Assembly: GCA_963737635.1 (NCBI GenBank)
Contig: CAVTTL010000001.1
Span: forward strand, 2,080,001-2,144,000
DNA length: 64,000 bases
Source: an uncultured Methanoregulaceae archaeon
GTDB taxonomy: Archaea > Halobacteriota > Methanomicrobia > Methanomicrobiales > Methanospirillaceae
Direction of reading: 5' to 3'
A program made the translations under genes and the position numbers. The notes under the pieces are model-generated. The model was not told where the DNA came from and did not search any database. It saw only the letters and a program-made list of their open reading frames with translations. Shown one piece after another: positions 21,612 through 31,848 of this stretch (within the stretch, counting starts at the first letter, position 1; each line of letters opens with the position of its first letter).

Positions 21612-21926
21612 ATGTTTTGCCCGGAATGCAAGAGTATGCTGATATCCTCTGGCGGCCAGCTCAAATGCCGTAAGTGCGGGTATGTCAGAAAGATTGAGTC
21701 CTCTGAACGCATGACGCGCGAAAAGAAGCGCACGGAGAACGAGATCACCATCGTTGACGATGAAGACGATAAATTAAAAACGATGCCCACGATCCAGATC
21801 AAGTGTCCAAAATGCGAAAACAACCTCGCTATCTGGTGGCTCCGCCAGCTTCGCGCCGCTGATGAAAGCGAAGTACGGTTCTTCCGTTGCACCGAGTGCG
21901 GCCATACATGGCGGCAGTACGACTAA
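21612..21926 (+). CDS. tfs: Transcription factor S (TFS/RpoM)
   Basis: Two Zn ribbons (CPEC...CRKC; CPKC...CTEC) and the Q.RAADE acidic hairpin. Confidence 0.95.
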   Translation: MFCPECKSMLISSGGQLKCRKCGYVRKIESSERMTREKKRTENEITIVDDEDDKLKTMPTIQIKCPKCENNLAIWWLRQLRAADESEVRFFRCTECGHTWRQYD

Positions 21927-22050
21927 GTAATAATTATATCTGTACCGTCAATTTTTAAAAATAGCCATAATTCTTTGTCCAATTTCTTTTTTATATGGTG
22001 TGAGAGTTGTATAGACGGAATGCATCAGCGTGAAAAAAGAGGATAAAAAA

Positions 22051-24113
22051 TTACAGCAGGCCCGGCGCCTTGACCCGGAACATCTGCCAGAGAACACGGC
22101 CCATCACACGGTAGGTGAAATCGAGTTCGTCGAAGCTGGGGATGCCGTGCTCCTTGAGCATCTCACGCCCCACATTCATTGAATCCCCGCCAAGAAGGGT
22201 TGCGATCAGGCGGTTATCGGTCCGCTCGGAAAACTTGAGGATCTGTCTTGCCAGCTGTTCCGACGAGAGCACGAGATTGGGGAAACCAATGATGAAAGCC
22301 ATGTCCCAGAGATCGCCGTATTTTGCGAGAATTTCAAAAGTCTTCTCAAAACGTTTCTCCGTGGCATCACCCAGCAGATCGAGAGGGTTACCCTTGTTCC
22401 AGAACTCGGGGAGGAACTCGTTGAGCTCATCAAGAGCTTCCGCGGGGAGATCGATGAGCTCGATACCGTACCGTTCCGCATAATCCGAAGAGAGCACGGC
22501 AAACCCGCCGGCATTGGTAATGACAACAGCACGTTTCCCTTTGGGGTACCGCTTGGGGTGGGCAAGCACCTGTGCTGCAAGAAACGCCCCGGTGAGGGTA
22601 TGGACAGCGATAACGCCGGACTTGCGGAACGCTTCCATGTAGACCTCATACGAGCCGGACAGCGACCCGGTGTGGGAGGAGGCGGCTGCCTGACCCCGGC
22701 GGGAAGACCCGGATTTGATCGCGATGACCGGCTTGGACTTTGCTACCTCAGAGACAACCTCCATGAACGCCTTGCCGTCAGTGATCTGCTCGATGTACAT
22801 GATGATCGCTTTTGTCTTGGGATCCTTCTCCACGTACCGGAGATAATCGAGGAAATCAAGGTCGCACTGGTTGCCGACCGAAATAACGTTTGAAAACCCG
22901 ATATTCTTTGCAAGGCTCCAGTCCACAACGGTGTTGATGATAGCCCCGCTCTGGGAGATAAAAGCTATATTTCCGGGTTTGGGTGACTGGTGAACATACG
23001 TAGTGTCGATGCCCCGGGGAGGGACAATCACGCCAAGGCAGTTAGGCCCGATAATGCGCGTGCCGTGGCCTTTCGCGATTGCCACGACCCGGTCCTCAAG
23101 CGCTTTACCCTCGTGACCCATCTCCTTGAACCCGGCGGTAATGATAATTACCATGGGAACACCCTTTGCCCCGCATTCCTCCACAACAGCCGGTACATGG
23201 ATGGCCGGGACGGTGATGACCGCCAGATCGACCGGAGCGGGAATCGCCGTGACCGTTGGGTATGCCTTGAGCCCTTGGATCTCCGCACGTTTGTTGTTCA
23301 CCGGGTACAGTTGCCCGGGGAAATGCAGGAGATTGTGCATGACCGCGTACCCCATCTTGGATGAGTCCTGGGATGCACCAACGACTGCGATTGAACGCGG
23401 TGTGAAATATTCTATCGGTACAGGCGGACGTACTTCGCGTTCTGCCTTGTGAACGGTATCCGAGACGATCACCCGGGCATCCACCGCACAGGCACCGGAT
23501 TCATACAACCGGAGCGGGTTGACGTCGAACTCCACAATATGCTCATTTTCAAGGAAGAACCGGCTGACGTTTCCGATGATCCGTACAAGGGCCTCCTCGT
23601 CACGGGCCTTGGCTCCCCGGTAACCGGCAATAAGCGGGTACCCATCGATCTCCTTGACCATCTGCCGGATCTCATCCTCGGTCACCGGCAGAATGCGCAG
23701 CGTCACATCCTTCATGAGCTCGACCATCGTGCCGCCCATACCAAACGTGATCACTTTCCCAAAGGCCGGGTCGGTCCTCCCGCCGATGATCAGTTCGAGA
23801 CCGGGTTCTGCCTGCTGCTCGACCATGACACCGTCGATCTGCGCTTCGGTATTATAGGCCCTCGCGTTGTCGATGATCTTGGTAAACGCACCCAGAGCTG
23901 CTTTCCTGCTCCCGATACCGACCATCACGCCGCCGGCATCGCTCTTGTGGACGATCTGCGGGGAGATGATCTTCATCACCACCGGGCATCCCATCTTCTC
24001 GGCCGCGCTCGCTGCATCTTCGCCGTTCTTAACGATCTGGTATCCGGGACCGGAATGTCGTATTTCCGTAAAATGTCGTATCCTTCTGCTTCAGAGAGCA
24101 TCTTCTGGGTCAC
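22051..24113 (-). CDS. ADP-forming acyl-CoA synthetase, ATP-grasp domain first (frameshift near 24047)
   Basis: GTG start gives MTQKMLSEAEGY; HKSDAGGV, GPNCLG, SQSGA, SHTGSL (catalytic His), NPLDLLGDA. Confidence 0.88.
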
Positions 24114-24382
24114 AATGTTCACCTCGAATTATGGTCTGGGGATCTTCTTTTCTCCCCGGTTAAGGTTCCGGCATGCAGGCAAAAGGTCCGGAAAGGGACG
24201 CGGTGCATACCCGGATTGTATGATGTAGTAAGAAATTTGGCGAGTCCTCATTTAAATGTGCTGAAATGTGAGCAACGCGCGATATAGGGTAAACGGACGA
24301 AGATACGGGCGATTTTTTCTATTCTGACCACAAAGAATAACTTTAATTCATCATTATTGATAATGTAGATTAGAGGAATTTC

Positions 24383-26278
24383 ATGGACAAGAGCGCAGAT
24401 GCCGGCAAAGAGATCAGATATTATACACCGGACCCGTCCTACCGCGTGCACAGCTGGATGGGAGATTACACCTGGACCTACAATGAATTTGTCAAAGACC
24501 CGGACAAATTCTGGGACCACATCGCAAAGAAACTCCACTGGTTTTCTCCTTACGATAAAGTCAGCGAGTGGAACTACCCGTACGCAAAATGGTTCGTGAA
24601 CGGCAAGACCAACATCACGTATAACTGCCTCGACCGGCACGTGCTGGGCGACCGGCGCAACAAGGTGGCGCTGATCTGGAAGGGCGAGTTGCCCGACGAG
24701 GAGCGGGTCTTTACCTACCGGCAGCTGTACCGCGAAGTGCAGCGGTTTGCAAACGGCCTCAAAAAACTGGGCGTGACAAAAGGGGACCGGGTCTGCATCT
24801 ACATCCCGGTCATTCCCGAACAGGTGATCGCGATGCTCGCGTGTACCCGGATCGGGGCGGTTCATTCCGTCGTTTTTGGCGGGTATGGCGCGGCCGCCCT
24901 CAACCAGCGGATCGTGGGTGCAGGGGCGAAGATCGTGATCACAGCCGATATGGCGATCCGGCGGGGAAAGGCGATCCCGCTCAAGCACGTGATTGAAGAG
25001 GCCGTCATCAATGCCCCTACTGTCGAGCACATCATCATCCTGCGCCGGGAACAGCGCACCCCGGTCGAACTCCATAGCGAAATGGAGATCGATTTCTATG
25101 AGGCGATGGCAGACGTGGATTCGGACTGCCCGGCAGAAGTCATGGATGCAGAAGACCCGCTCTTTATCCTCTATACGAGCGGCACTACCGGTGCTCCCAA
25201 AGGAATTGTCCATACCTGCGGGGGATACATGGTCGGTGCATATTATACGACCAAATATATCTTCGATATCAAGGAGCACGATGTGTACTGGTGTACCGCA
25301 GATCCCGGCTGGATTACCGGGCACACCTACGTCGTTTACGGCCCGCTCTCGGTAGGAGCCACCGTTCTCATTGCAGAAAACACCCCCGATTACCCGGACC
25401 CGGGGATCTGGTGGAAGATTATCGAAGAGTACGGCGTCAATATCCTCTATACTGCGCCGACTGCAATCCGGATGTTCATGAAACTGGGCCGGGAATGGCC
25501 CGACAAGTACAACCTCAGCTGCCTCCGGGTACTCGGATCGGTCGGCGAACCGCTCAACCCTGAGGCTTTCGAATGGTTCTACCACGTGATCGGAAAAGAC
25601 CGGTGCCCCATCGTGGACACATGGTGGCAGACCGAGACCGGCATGCACATGGTAACCACAGTGTTAGGAGAACCGATGCGGCCGGGATACGTGGGTAAAT
25701 CTATCCCCGGCATCGTAGCCGATGTCGTAGATAAGGAGGGAAAAAGCGTAGAAGCCGGCAAAAGCGGGTTTCTGGTAATCCGCCAGCCATGGCCGGCGAT
25801 GATGCGGACGATCTACAATAACGACGAACGGTACCGCAAATACTGGGAGACGATACCGGGATGCTACGTCGTGGGCGACCTTGCCATAAAAAGCGAGGAC
25901 GGCAACATCATGGTGATCGGGAGATCCGATGATCTCATCATTGTCTCCGGGCACAACATCGGCACTGCTGAGGTAGAGAGTGCGCTCGTCTCCCATAAAG
26001 CAGTCGCCGAAGCGGCCGTCATAGGAAAACCCGATCCGCTTAAGGGAAACACCATCAAGGCATTTGTCACACTCCGGGTCGGCCATACGCCAAGCGAGAA
26101 GCTCAAAAACGAACTGGTCTACCACGTGCGGATCACCCTTGGCCCCATTGCCATGCCTTCGGAGATCGAGTTTGTGGATACCCTGCCGAAGACCCGCAGC
26201 GGCAAGATCGTCCGGCGCATCCTCAAGGCAAAAGAGATGGGCATGGACCCGGGCGACATCTCCACCCTCGACGAGTAA
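24383..26278 (+). CDS. acs: AMP-forming acetyl-CoA synthetase
   Basis: YTSGTTGAPKG, DPGWITGH, VGEPLN, DTWWQTETG, LPKTRSGK. Confidence 0.97.
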   Translation: MDKSADAGKEIRYYTPDPSYRVHSWMGDYTWTYNEFVKDPDKFWDHIAKKLHWFSPYDKVSEWNYPYAKWFVNGKTNITYNCLDRHVLGDRRNKVALIWKGELPDEERVFTYRQLYREVQRFANGLKKLGVTKGDRVCIYIPVIPEQVIAMLACTRIGAVHSVVFGGYGAAALNQRIVGAGAKIVITADMAIRRGKAIPLKHVIEEAVINAPTVEHIIILRREQRTPVELHSEMEIDFYEAMADVDSDCPAEVMDAEDPLFILYTSGTTGAPKGIVHTCGGYMVGAYYTTKYIFDIKEHDVYWCTADPGWITGHTYVVYGPLSVGATVLIAENTPDYPDPGIWWKIIEEYGVNILYTAPTAIRMFMKLGREWPDKYNLSCLRVLGSVGEPLNPEAFEWFYHVIGKDRCPIVDTWWQTETGMHMVTTVLGEPMRPGYVGKSIPGIVADVVDKEGKSVEAGKSGFLVIRQPWPAMMRTIYNNDERYRKYWETIPGCYVVGDLAIKSEDGNIMVIGRSDDLIIVSGHNIGTAEVESALVSHKAVAEAAVIGKPDPLKGNTIKAFVTLRVGHTPSEKLKNELVYHVRITLGPIAMPSEIEFVDTLPKTRSGKIVRRILKAKEMGMDPGDISTLDE

Positions 26279-26420
26279 AACAAAGAAGATTACCCTTTTT
26301 CCCCGGCCAGTTCCCGATGCTTTTTTATACCGCGCTCCCCTTTCTTTATTTGCTTTATATACGGGATCCTGATCAGACCGATCTTCCCGGCCTTAACCAA
26401 ATGCAAAAGGTGATGATACC

Positions 26421-26981
26421 ATGAAGGCGAATCCAGAGGACTCACTGAAAATAGAAAATATCGTTGCTTCCGCTAAAGTGACTGATTATCTCGACTTGCC
26501 GGCACTTGCATCCAAGATCAAGGATGCCGAGTATAACAAGAAGAGGTTCCCCGGCGTTGTCCTGCGGATGCAGAACCCGAAGATCGCCGCGCTCGTCTTT
26601 GGCTCGGGTAAAGTGGTCCTGACCGGTGCAAAGAGTGTCGACAGCCTTTCAAAAGGGCTTACTATCCTTGGAAACCAGCTCCGGAGTCTCGATATCGATA
26701 TCCCAAAGAAGCTCACGTACAAGATCCAGAATATTGTTACTTCCGCCGATCTCGCGACGGCAATCAACCTTAACAAGATAGCAGTCGGGTTTAACCTTGA
26801 CCGGATCGAGTACGAGCCGGAGCAATTCCCGGGCCTCGTCTACCGGCTCGAGAACCCAAAGGTCGTTGTCCTCCTCTTTGGCTCAGGAAAACTGATCATA
26901 ACCGGCGGCAAGGAACCTGAAGACGCGAAGAAGGCAGTAGTCAAGATCCTCGCGGATCTCCGGAGTCTCGGCCTGATGTAA
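26421..26981 (+). CDS. tbp: TATA-box-binding protein
   Basis: Two repeats IENIVAS/IQNIVTS, YEPEQFPGLVYR, LLFGSGK. Confidence 0.97.
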   Translation: MKANPEDSLKIENIVASAKVTDYLDLPALASKIKDAEYNKKRFPGVVLRMQNPKIAALVFGSGKVVLTGAKSVDSLSKGLTILGNQLRSLDIDIPKKLTYKIQNIVTSADLATAINLNKIAVGFNLDRIEYEPEQFPGLVYRLENPKVVVLLFGSGKLIITGGKEPEDAKKAVVKILADLRSLGLM

Positions 26982-27180
26982 TTTTTTTGTAAAGATGTTT
27001 CCTGCAGTACTGTGGTAACAATGCAAACTGCTTTTTAGATATAAAATCAATATTTACGGTTAACCATGAATTATAATATATATAATTTGTGTTTATTGTT
27101 CATCAATAACACATGATATATAACAAAGACAAGATAAATCTGTAAGGAAGAAAGAAAGAAAAATCGAGGAGAAATGTGCA

Positions 27181-27555
27181 ATGAGAACCGAGAATGTGAT
27201 GTATTTTACGGAAAAGGAAGAAGAATTCGCTAATCTTCTCATCGAGATCGGGACCAAGAAGAACGTCGCAAAGGTGCTGGTCTTTTTGGCAAATATTCCT
27301 GAGGCGACATCGCGGGCGATCGAGCGGGGGACCGACCTTCGCCAGCCTGAAGTAAGTATCGCCATGCGGTACCTGATGGAGCAGGGATGGATCAACAGCC
27401 GCGAGAGCAAGGCTGAGAGCAAGGGACGCCCGGTCAAGATTTACGAACTGTCCAAACCCATCAACGATATCATGGACAGTATCGAGAAAGAGAAGAAGAA
27501 AGAAGCGACCAACCAGCTCGCGATGATACAGAAATTACGGGACTACATTCGTTGA
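27181..27555 (+). CDS. wHTH transcriptional regulator (methanogen ArsR/TrmB-like)
   Basis: IERGTDLRQPEVSIAM and KGRPVKIY. Confidence 0.85.
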   Translation: MRTENVMYFTEKEEEFANLLIEIGTKKNVAKVLVFLANIPEATSRAIERGTDLRQPEVSIAMRYLMEQGWINSRESKAESKGRPVKIYELSKPINDIMDSIEKEKKKEATNQLAMIQKLRDYIR

Positions 27556-28248
27556 GTCCAGTACCGTACACTTTTTTTCGTTACCGATTATTACCATCGT
27601 GTTTCCCTGGAATCGGGTAAAGAGCCCGCTCTCTACGATCCCGGGAATTGACGCGATTGACGCTTCCAGCGCAGCAGGATCCGCAATCCCCTCAAACTGG
27701 CAGTCGACGATGAAGTTCCCGTTGTCGGTAATGACCGGGCCGTCTTTTTTCACCGCTTCCCGGATGAACGGCCGGCAGCCCAGTCCCCGCAGCTGCGCCA
27801 TCGCAGGCTTTGTCGCGAAAGGAAGCGTCTCGACCGGCACAATCCCGGACAGTCCCGGGACCATCTTTGACTCATCGACAACAACGATAAACCGGAAAGC
27901 CGCGGCAGCCACGCACTTTTCCCGGGTAAGCGCTGCACCCCGTCCCTTGATCATCCTGAAAAGGGGATCGACCTGATCGGCCCCGTCAATGGCAAGGTCG
28001 AGCACCGGGTTGTCGTCAAGCGTGGTCAGGGGGATCCCATATTCCCGCGCCCTTATTGCGGTCTGGTATGAAGTCGGGACACCAGAAACCGACAGGCCGT
28101 CCCGGATCCTGCCCGAAAGAGATTCGATGACATACAAAACCGTGGAACCGGTTCCAAGACCGATGACCATCCCGTCCTCTACCATGTCCGCTGCCTGATA
28201 TCCTGCCGCCCGTTTCGCAACGGCACCCGCATCTGTCGCGCCAGCCAT
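27535..28248 (-). CDS. rpiA: Ribose-5-phosphate isomerase A
   Basis: GLGTGST, DGADQVD, IKGRGAALTREK, TDNGNFIVD. Confidence 0.96.
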   Translation of the reverse strand: MAGATDAGAVAKRAAGYQAADMVEDGMVIGLGTGSTVLYVIESLSGRIRDGLSVSGVPTSYQTAIRAREYGIPLTTLDDNPVLDLAIDGADQVDPLFRMIKGRGAALTREKCVAAAAFRFIVVVDESKMVPGLSGIVPVETLPFATKPAMAQLRGLGCRPFIREAVKKDGPVITDNGNFIVDCQFEGIADPAALEASIASIPGIVESGLFTRFQGNTMVIIGNEKKCTVLDSTNVVP

Positions 28249-28315
28249 ACTGAAGATAGGATTTGGGTGCAAGGATAATTAAAACTGTACGAGCACCAGG
28301 CACAAAAGGGAACGG

Positions 28316-29098
28316 CTAATCCAGAAAGATCTTCTTTGTATCGTCATCCGCCGCGTGGGCAGTGCAGTCCAGCGTGATGGGTGTGATCGAGATATTGCCC
28401 TTCCTGATCGCATGGACGTCAGTACCTTCTTCTGCATCTTCGAGAAGCGGACCGTTGATCCAGAAGTACGGCCTGCCCCGGGGGTCGAGCCGTTTTTCAA
28501 CGCCGGTACGGAAGAGTTTTCTCGCAAGCCGTGTCACTTCGTAGCCCCCGCGGACTTTTGAGGGGATATTCACGTTGATCACGTCGGTATCAGGGGAGAA
28601 CCCGGATGCAAGCACGCGCTCCACAACCTCCCGGACGATCTTCTTTGCCTCATCAAAACTCTGCGCCGATTGGCCGGGATCGTCGAACTTATCTCCCTGA
28701 TCTTCCACCTGCAGGGAGAACGCAATGCCCTTTGTCCCCTGGTTTGATGCCTCGAGCGCTGCCCCCATCGTGCCCGAGGTCATGATCGATTCATAGGAAA
28801 GGTTCTCGCCGATATTTATTCCGCTCACGACAAGCGCAGGTGCAAGATTCAACGCGTACAGCCCAATGATTACCGCGTCGGTCGGTTTTCCTCCTACCGC
28901 CCATGCAGGGACGCCGTTGATCCGGATCCTGTTTGCCCGGATGGGTTCGAAGATCGAGATCGACCGGCCCACCGCGCTCTGCTGGGTCGCCGGCGCAACG
29001 ACCGTCACATCGGCAATAGGGGCAAGCGCCTCGTAGGCAGCCCATATACCAAGGGAGTTCACGCCGTCATCGTTAGTGAGCAGGATCGCGGGTTTCAT
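28316..29098 (-). CDS. surE: 5'/3'-nucleotidase SurE
   Basis: LLTNDDG, SGINIGEN, SGTMGAA. Confidence 0.96.
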   Translation of the reverse strand: MKPAILLTNDDGVNSLGIWAAYEALAPIADVTVVAPATQQSAVGRSISIFEPIRANRIRINGVPAWAVGGKPTDAVIIGLYALNLAPALVVSGINIGENLSYESIMTSGTMGAALEASNQGTKGIAFSLQVEDQGDKFDDPGQSAQSFDEAKKIVREVVERVLASGFSPDTDVINVNIPSKVRGGYEVTRLARKLFRTGVEKRLDPRGRPYFWINGPLLEDAEEGTDVHAIRKGNISITPITLDCTAHAADDDTKKIFLD

Positions 29099-29200
29099 AA
29101 CACGGTACTTCTTTTGCGCACCCTCGCAAAATAACTGATCGATCCACGCTAGGTCCGGGAACGGATAGGGTAATTTCCTGCAGGTGCAATAGTACCTGCG

Positions 29201-30088
29201 ATGAGAGTCCTGCTTGCCGAGTACGCTTCGGCCTGCGATCCGGCCCTTGCTGCCGAGGGTGCGGCGATGCTGGATGTCCTGCGCGGGAGTTTTACCCGCT
29301 GCGGCTACGAAATCATCCTGCCGGGCCCCGGGGATTTCTTCGAAGAGATCAGACGGCTTGCCCCATTATGCGAAATGGGCCTTGTGATCGCGCCCGATCA
29401 CCTGCTTGCCCGGTTGACCCTCCCGATCGAACAATACTCCCATAACCTCGGCTGCGGCAGCATGAACGCGGCGCTCTGCGCAAATAAGGTCACGACCGGC
29501 CGGATTCTCAAAGGCCACGGGATACCTGTGCCGGCCGATGCCCCGGACGGGAGGCATGTGGTAAAACCGGTGGCCGGCTGCGACGCACAGGGAGTCAGGC
29601 TCACAACGGATGCCCCGGGCAGGGACGAATTTGCCCAGGAGTATATCGAGGGTGAGCATTACTCGGTCAGTCTTGTCATGAGCCGGGTCGTCGGCGAGGC
29701 CTGCCTGTACTTCTCCGGCAATCCCCCGCTTGTCCTTGCGATTAACCGGCAGGCCGTGGCCCTCAACCCCGACGGCACTTTTACGTACACCGGCGGGGAG
29801 ACACCGGTCCACCCGGCGCGCAGCCAGGAGATCATCGATACGGCCGTAAAAGCGGCGACCGTGCTCGGCTGCCAGGGATACTGCGGTGTGGATGTCGTTG
29901 TCGGCGACAACGTCTATGTCGTGGACGTGAACCCGAGGATCACGACAAGCCTTGTCGGTATCGCTGCCTGTATGAAAGAGGAGATCGCCGCGTTGCTGGT
30001 CAGCGCCTCCGAGGGCAATGCACCCAACGAGGTGCACCTCACCGGCAGGGTCCGGTTCGATACCCGCGGGACGGTCACGCCGTTATGA
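29201..30088 (+). CDS. mfnD: ATP-grasp protein, probable tyramine-glutamate ligase (methanofuran synthesis)
   Basis: EG.AML, VIAPD, KP..G, GGETP, GVD, VDVNPRITTS; coupled to the mfnF-like gene. Confidence 0.75.
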   Translation: MRVLLAEYASACDPALAAEGAAMLDVLRGSFTRCGYEIILPGPGDFFEEIRRLAPLCEMGLVIAPDHLLARLTLPIEQYSHNLGCGSMNAALCANKVTTGRILKGHGIPVPADAPDGRHVVKPVAGCDAQGVRLTTDAPGRDEFAQEYIEGEHYSVSLVMSRVVGEACLYFSGNPPLVLAINRQAVALNPDGTFTYTGGETPVHPARSQEIIDTAVKAATVLGCQGYCGVDVVVGDNVYVVDVNPRITTSLVGIAACMKEEIAALLVSASEGNAPNEVHLTGRVRFDTRGTVTPL

Positions 30089-31020
30089 TCGGCATTGACG
30101 TTGGGGGGGCAAACCTCAAGGTTGCTAACGATAACGGCGTCCATATCCACTACTGTCCGCTCTGGTCCGGGGCCCCGCTTCAAGAGCTGCTGCGCCAGTA
30201 CGCCACAGGAAAGGACACTCCCGCCGCAGTCGTCATGAGCGGTGAACTCGCCGACTGCTTCGAGAACAAGTTCCAGGGAATCGAATTCATTGTCGGTGCG
30301 GTCAAAAAGGTCTTCCCTGCTGCCCGGTTTTATGGCACGGATGCCGCATTCCACGACAGCCCGGTGCCGGCGCTTGCAGCCGCCAACTGGCTTGCCTCAG
30401 CGGATTTCCTGCGGGAGAAGTACCCGGACGCGGTACTGCTTGATGTCGGAAGTACGACCGCTGACATCATCCCGCTCTCCCGTTTCCCTGCGCTCCGTGG
30501 TCTCTCGGATCTCGGCCGGTTGCAGAACGGGTACCTCATCTACACCGGTATGCTCAGGACACCGGTGGCCACGCTCCTTTCTTCCCTGAACCTGGGTGGG
30601 ACACAGACACCGGTCAGCACGGAGTATTTTGCCGCAAGTGCCGATGTTCACGTGGTACTTAGCCACATCACCCAGAAGAACTACAGCTGCGACACCCCGG
30701 ACCACAAGGAAAAGACCCGCAGCGCCTGCCTGCGCCGGCTTGCCCGGGTTGTCTGTGCCGACCTTGAAGAGATCGGGGAGACCGGCGCCCTGCAGATCGC
30801 TGAAGCATTCTGGGACCAGCAGCGGGAGATTGTCTGCACCACCGTACGCCGGGTAGCAGAAGAGACTGGTGCGTCCTCGGTTATCGTGGCCGGCATGGGT
30901 GCGGCACTCTTTGCCCGGGAATGCGGGGGAGTAGATCTCACCCGGGCGCTCGGGCCGGCAGCGGACGCCCTCCCCGCTTATGCAGTACGGGAGGTGGCAC
31001 TACGGAAGCGTGGAAACTGA
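30085..31020 (+). CDS. mfnF: Hydantoinase/oxoprolinase-family protein, probable MfnF (methanofuran synthesis)
   Basis: GIDVGGANLK, MSGELADCF, AAANW, DVGSTT.DIIP, RLARVVCAD. Confidence 0.78.
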   Translation: MIGIDVGGANLKVANDNGVHIHYCPLWSGAPLQELLRQYATGKDTPAAVVMSGELADCFENKFQGIEFIVGAVKKVFPAARFYGTDAAFHDSPVPALAAANWLASADFLREKYPDAVLLDVGSTTADIIPLSRFPALRGLSDLGRLQNGYLIYTGMLRTPVATLLSSLNLGGTQTPVSTEYFAASADVHVVLSHITQKNYSCDTPDHKEKTRSACLRRLARVVCADLEEIGETGALQIAEAFWDQQREIVCTTVRRVAEETGASSVIVAGMGAALFARECGGVDLTRALGPAADALPAYAVREVALRKRGN

Positions 31021-31250
31021 GCCTCGCGCTCCTTACCGGGTCCCTGTGCGTTACGGCAGTACTCTGGAGTTTACACCTGCCGTTCTTCTTCCTTTTCCTC
31101 TGTATCCCGCTCTTCCCGTTTCTCGGGAAGCGCGAGGTCAAACGGTGCCCGATGTGCGGATGGGAAACCACAGGCAGCGAGAACTTCTGCCCCGCTGACG
31201 GGACTGCCTTGTCCGGCCCGGGAGGCAAGGGAGGACAGGGAAATCGCTGA
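31002..31250 (+). CDS. Small membrane protein with C-terminal Zn ribbon
   Basis: Hydrophobic N-terminus then CPMCG...FCPADG. GGAGGTG RBS lies 5 nt before an ACG codon at 31002. Confidence 0.55.
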   Translation, partial: TEAWKLSLALLTGSLCVTAVLWSLHLPFFFLFLCIPLFPFLGKREVKRCPMCGWETTGSENFCPADGTALSGPGGKGGQGNR

Positions 31251-31694
31251 GATCGGGATCCTGATGCCAAAGAGTTCAGTGGAAGGCACCGCACGGGCAT
31301 GGTCCCGGACGTACTGCCGGCAGCTCGTCCGGTCTACGATGATATCTACCGCATCCAGCCATGCCGCTGTGCGGTTCACCGGCATCATGGTCGCCAGCGC
31401 CAGGCAGAGATCGACCACCGGTGATCCCATCCGGGTGCCCGGGTAGAACGGCTCGTCGGCGTTGACGATTCTTCCGCACTGGTGGCAGGAAAACCTTTTC
31501 ACTGCCACCCGGAGAGTACGCTCCTGGTCCTTCTCGCGGATAACGGCAAACACTCTTTTCCGGGTGTCGTATCCTGACACCAGCCCCCCGCAGAAGGGGC
31601 AGGCGGCAAGCTCGGTAAAGGAGATCCCATCGACCGAGAGAAACCCGGCCTGGACGATCATGGCAAGCATCGGCGGGATGCGGGGAGCCTTCAT
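31071..31694 (-). CDS. Hypothetical Zn-finger protein
   Basis: CPFCGG...CHQCG...PFYP..R.GSPVVDLC. Confidence 0.65.
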   Translation of the reverse strand: MKAPRIPPMLAMIVQAGFLSVDGISFTELAACPFCGGLVSGYDTRKRVFAVIREKDQERTLRVAVKRFSCHQCGRIVNADEPFYPGTRMGSPVVDLCLALATMMPVNRTAAWLDAVDIIVDRTSCRQYVRDHARAVPSTELFGIRIPISAISLSSLASRAGQGSPVSGAEVLAACGFPSAHRAPFDLALPEKREERDTEEKEEERQV

Positions 31695-31848
31695 AACCGC
31701 ACCCGCGTGTCCGATACAAAACCGGGATATCTGAGCCAGTTCCGCCGGGCAGCCCAACCCGTAACCCACAAATAATCATCATATTTTTGTTCATTTTGAT
31801 CACTCTTAAATACTCCGGTGACAGACCTTTTTTATTCGAGGTTAGAAC

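Noticed and set aside
24248-25648. 466-aa minus-strand ORF
   Set aside because: Codon-mirror shadow of acs.
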